Program-made: the position numbers and the translations under genes
In this document: positions 60,918 to 64,000 of the stretch, piece by piece
How positions within the stretch are numbered: position 1 is the first letter of the stretch
Layout: each line of letters starts with the position of its first letter
Source: an uncultured Chthonomonadaceae bacterium
GTDB lineage: Bacteria > Armatimonadota > Chthonomonadetes > Chthonomonadales > Chthonomonadaceae
Assembly (NCBI GenBank): GCA_963817895.1
Contig: CAWFQB010000002.1
Location: 693,973-757,972, forward strand
Direction: 5' to 3'
Length of the DNA: 64,000 nt
The notes under the pieces: model-generated
Told to the model about the DNA's origin: nothing
What the model saw: only the letters and a program-made list of their open reading frames with translations
The model's database searches: none

Positions 60918-63068
60918 ATGGAAAAAGTTATCGTCATCCCACAATGTCGGAAATATATAGAGGCGCAGACGCTGCGGGAGAAGGATTGCGTCTTACGCGC
61001 TCTGCACTATGCCATGGATGGTATAAAGAGGGTGAAAACAGCTACAGAAAGATCGGACACAGAAGAACTAGGCGGCGTTTCCATCACCCTCCAGGCCATC
61101 CAGGACGGCTGGGCGGGTCTACACGACAAGGGGAAACTTAACGCTGATCAAGCCGACGCTCTAACCGCACTTTATACCGGCTATGCGCGGCTCAATTGCA
61201 ATGATGCGGTCAAGGCGCACGAAAGTTTTACGCGCGCACGGGAGTCCGCGCGTAAATCAGGTGGAGAAGGCGCAGATAAACATCTACAGTGTCTGGCGGG
61301 TGCCGCGCTGACACTGGCTCTTTGCCAGGAACGGCGTTTTGATACCGCTCTTGAGGAGGGAGCAAAGTTGCTAGAGCCCCTGCTCCCTCCTCGATGTGCC
61401 TGGATTGACAGCAGAATTACATCACGTGTTGGGATTAATCTACCGACGGCTCGGCCAATCGGAACAGGCTTTGTCGGCGCTGAATACAGCCGTGGAACGC
61501 TATGAAATAATCGGCGATGAGATTGGCGCTATGCGTGTACAGGACACGCTTGGTATGGTGTACCTGGACGTAGGTGACCGGGACGAAGCGTTGTTCCGCT
61601 TTCAAACGAGTTACACCGCTAAAACTCACTACAACGACAGGACGGGGAGGGCGATCACTGCCGGCAACATCGGGCGTCTCTATCTGCAGGGGGAAGAGTA
61701 CGAAAAAGCACGGACGTTTCTGCAGGAAGACCTGACCCTGAGCCGCACATTAAGAGACGAACAGGGTCAACTTACCAGCCTGAGCGAACTGGCCGAAACA
61801 GCCCTCGGCATGGGGCAGACACGCGAGGCGCGTGGCTATCTTAACGAAGTGTATCAACTGCTGAATACGGCATCTGCTGCCCTTAGAACAAACCCGTTTA
61901 CCTCGGGGAACATAAACTATACGGAAGCCTGGGTTGCGCTGGCTGAGGGGAACACGACCAGAGCATGGAGTACGCACCAGGAGGCTGCCAAACAGTTTGC
62001 GCTTCCGCCGGGGTGTTCGTCCACGCTCACCTCAAGCTGCAGCAGGCGCAAATTCAGGTCGCAATGCATAACTTTGGCAGCGCCCGGGAGAGTTTTGATA
62101 GCGCTATTGCGGCCCTACGCAATCTTCAACAGCCCGGCAGACTGGCAAAGGCCCTGTTTGAATGCGCCATGATGCTGCAAAGCCAGGGTCTTGTCAACGA
62201 AGCCGCAACCTATCTCATGGAGGCTCTTGATCAGGCGCGTGCGCTGTCCGCCGAACGTATGATTTAGCGATTTGAAAGTGGGGGCAATAAGATAAGCACT
62301 GACACGCTGTTGCGTGCCCTTTTAGAAGCCAAACGCGAGAATCAACGCCTTCGCGAAAGCGAGGGCACGCGCATCAGAGCGGTGGATAAGATCATTCACG
62401 ATGTACGTAGCCCTCTGCAATCAATCATGGGGGCGCTGCAACTTGCACATGCTCTTGTCGAACAACAGGGCGGTACCGAATCTGAGGACGCTGAAATCAT
62501 TCAGTACGCTCTGGCGAAATGTGAATGGCAAAACGAGCTGATCTCCAGCATCCTGGAAACACGATTGCTACAGTCTGGTGAAGTCGACGCGCACCCCGAG
62601 CCGATGCGTGTGCTTGAATTGATGCGGCAGCTCGTCGCCTGGTTCACTCAGGATGCGAAACAGCGGCAGATGCGTCTGCAGTTGGCGCCGGAAAGCGAGG
62701 ATATTGTCGTGCAGGCGGAACAGATCCTGGTAAAGCGCATATTGATGAACTTACTGACGAATGCTCTCAAATATGGCATTGGAGTACATACCGACGACGA
62801 GGGCTATCGAGGCGTTGTGACGCTTGGTGCCCGGCGTGAAGGGGCTTTTGCCCGCATCACAGTTAAAGATACCGGGCGCGGATGCGAAGAGGTACGCTCC
62901 CGAATGTTTCAACCCTATGGCGTGGGCGAAAAAGGCAAAGACAAGTATTCTACCGGCTTAGGACTGAACTTCTGCAAACTGGCAGTGGAAGCCCAGGCAG
63001 GAAGCATCGGGGTGGATAGTGAAACAGATAAGGGAAGCGCTTTCTGGTTCACACTGCCGCTGGCGTAG
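60918..63068 (+). pseudogene. TPR-repeat sensor histidine kinase, interrupted (frameshifts ~61385 and ~62000; in-frame TAG 62265-62267)
   Basis: TPR motifs (LGMVY..GD..EAL, NIGRLY) continue in frame across the TAG into HDVRSPL, NLLTNALKY, DTGRG, GLGL boxes. The kinase part 62310..63068 is intact. Confidence 0.75.
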
Positions 63069-63110
63069 CAGAGGCTGATGGGAGAGGGGCTCTCCAGGGA
63101 GGAACATCGT

Positions 63111-64000
63111 ATGAACTGTCCGAACGGTCACGGCGCGATGAAGCTTGTTGGTGATTTCTGGTTCTGTGGCAAATGTCGGCACTCTGTACTTGCGCCTAAC
63201 TTTGAGCGATTGCCGAGCGTACTCGCGATACCGCTCAGAGACTTTTACGCCGAGACCAACCCTATCGTGCGTGTGCATATGATGTGCGAGACCGCTGAAA
63301 TAGTGACCCGGTTCATTGTGATCGTTTTTCTTGGAGAAGCGCGACGCATCCTGAATAATGAACCCCTTCCCGATACTCTTCTCAAAGAACTACAACTAGA
63401 TATTGAGCGGCCCACTTTCGGAAAGTGGGTCAGACTTGCCGATGTACTCGCCAAGTGGCTCGAGGGTGAAGACCTGGTGCTGCCCGAAATTCAAAAGTAC
63501 TGGAAGGAATTGAAGTTAAACCTGAAGCCAGAAAAAGATAACACTGAAGAGAATTCATTGGTTTGTTTGCGCAATACTCTGGCGCATGGCGGGGGGATAA
63601 GCTCCACTGCGGCTCAGAAATATTTGGATCACTGGTCGCCACATCTTGACCGACTGGGCGCGCAGCTTCAATTTTTAGACGATGCGCGTTTGTGCTGTCT
63701 TAATGCTCAGGGCCTGGTGCAGTTAGTAGGGCCAAACCCTGAGGGGGTACCCCTAGCATTTTCGGAGTTGGAGAAAGAGCTTTATCCTATAATGCAAGAC
63801 CGTATCGTTTTGCTTTCTAAGGACGCTCTGCTTGACCTTTGGCCTCTTGTTCAATATGGCCGCGCGGAGATGAGCCGACTTGGCCACCCGCCAACAGTGG
63901 AAGAAAAGTCAAGCCCGCAGATCTACTATCGTGCCGACAAACAAGAACCCAGCCGCCGCTCGCAGCGTTAGGTGTAGATATTCTGCGGTCAGAACGCCGG
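63111..64000 (+). CDS. hypothetical protein with N-terminal zinc ribbon (probably continues beyond window)
   Basis: GGAGG RBS, CPNGHG...CGKC, LPSVLA.PL, RPTFGKW, RN.LAHGG. Frame closes at 63971, possibly by frameshift. Confidence 0.6.

Noticed and set aside
62265..62267. Pyrrolysine or programmed amber readthrough
   Set aside because: No pyl genes seen, TAG is used as a normal stop elsewhere in the window, and the same gene has other lesions.
1..64000. tRNA, rRNA, tmRNA genes
   Set aside because: No cloverleaf/T-loop or rRNA-like conserved segments noticed by eye; tRNAscan/Infernal would be needed to exclude them.

Overview
Bacterial, moderately GC-rich DNA, most likely from an Armatimonadota-like genome. 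That is an inference from two prepilin-N-methyl/DUF1559/H-X9-DG genes, a PEP-CTERM protein and DUF1592/DUF1552 genes. The window opens on a low-GC Septu-like (PtuA ATPase + PtuB HNH) defence pair. A mostly chromosomal-looking stretch follows (YbjQ pair, APC permease, HTH-molybdate-binding regulator + split chromate transporter, DUF892, SWIM, aldo-keto reductase, DUF3500, FG-GAP/PEP-CTERM cluster, GGDEF/HD-GYP sensor divergent from an alpha-oxoamine synthase). From about 44.9 kb it is a decayed mobile region (IS256, tyrosine recombinase + DUF1016, serine resolvase, IS3 remnant, a 102-bp MITE, broken TPR/SARP and TPR-histidine kinase genes). The most striking pattern is accessory genes sitting in cassettes bounded by diverged, hairpin-containing repeats with no adjacent recombinase. 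An acyltransferase lies between two ~235-bp copies of the DUF892 3' end plus terminator. A phage-like two-gene pair lies between two ~93-bp double-hairpin repeats, and these two cassettes share a TGCTAWAATAGCA promoter palindrome. A phosphoesterase-NACHT-HEAT (NLR-like) gene with shuffled repeats lies between REPIN-like elements. Two unannotated structured-RNA candidates (a 187-nt 6S-like rod and a ~150-nt multibranch element) and an orphan zincin + Cys-rich pair are also present. Many single-base frameshifts, densest at 39.4-44.6 kb, look like long-read errors rather than biology. All family calls are from motif recognition by eye; no searches were run.
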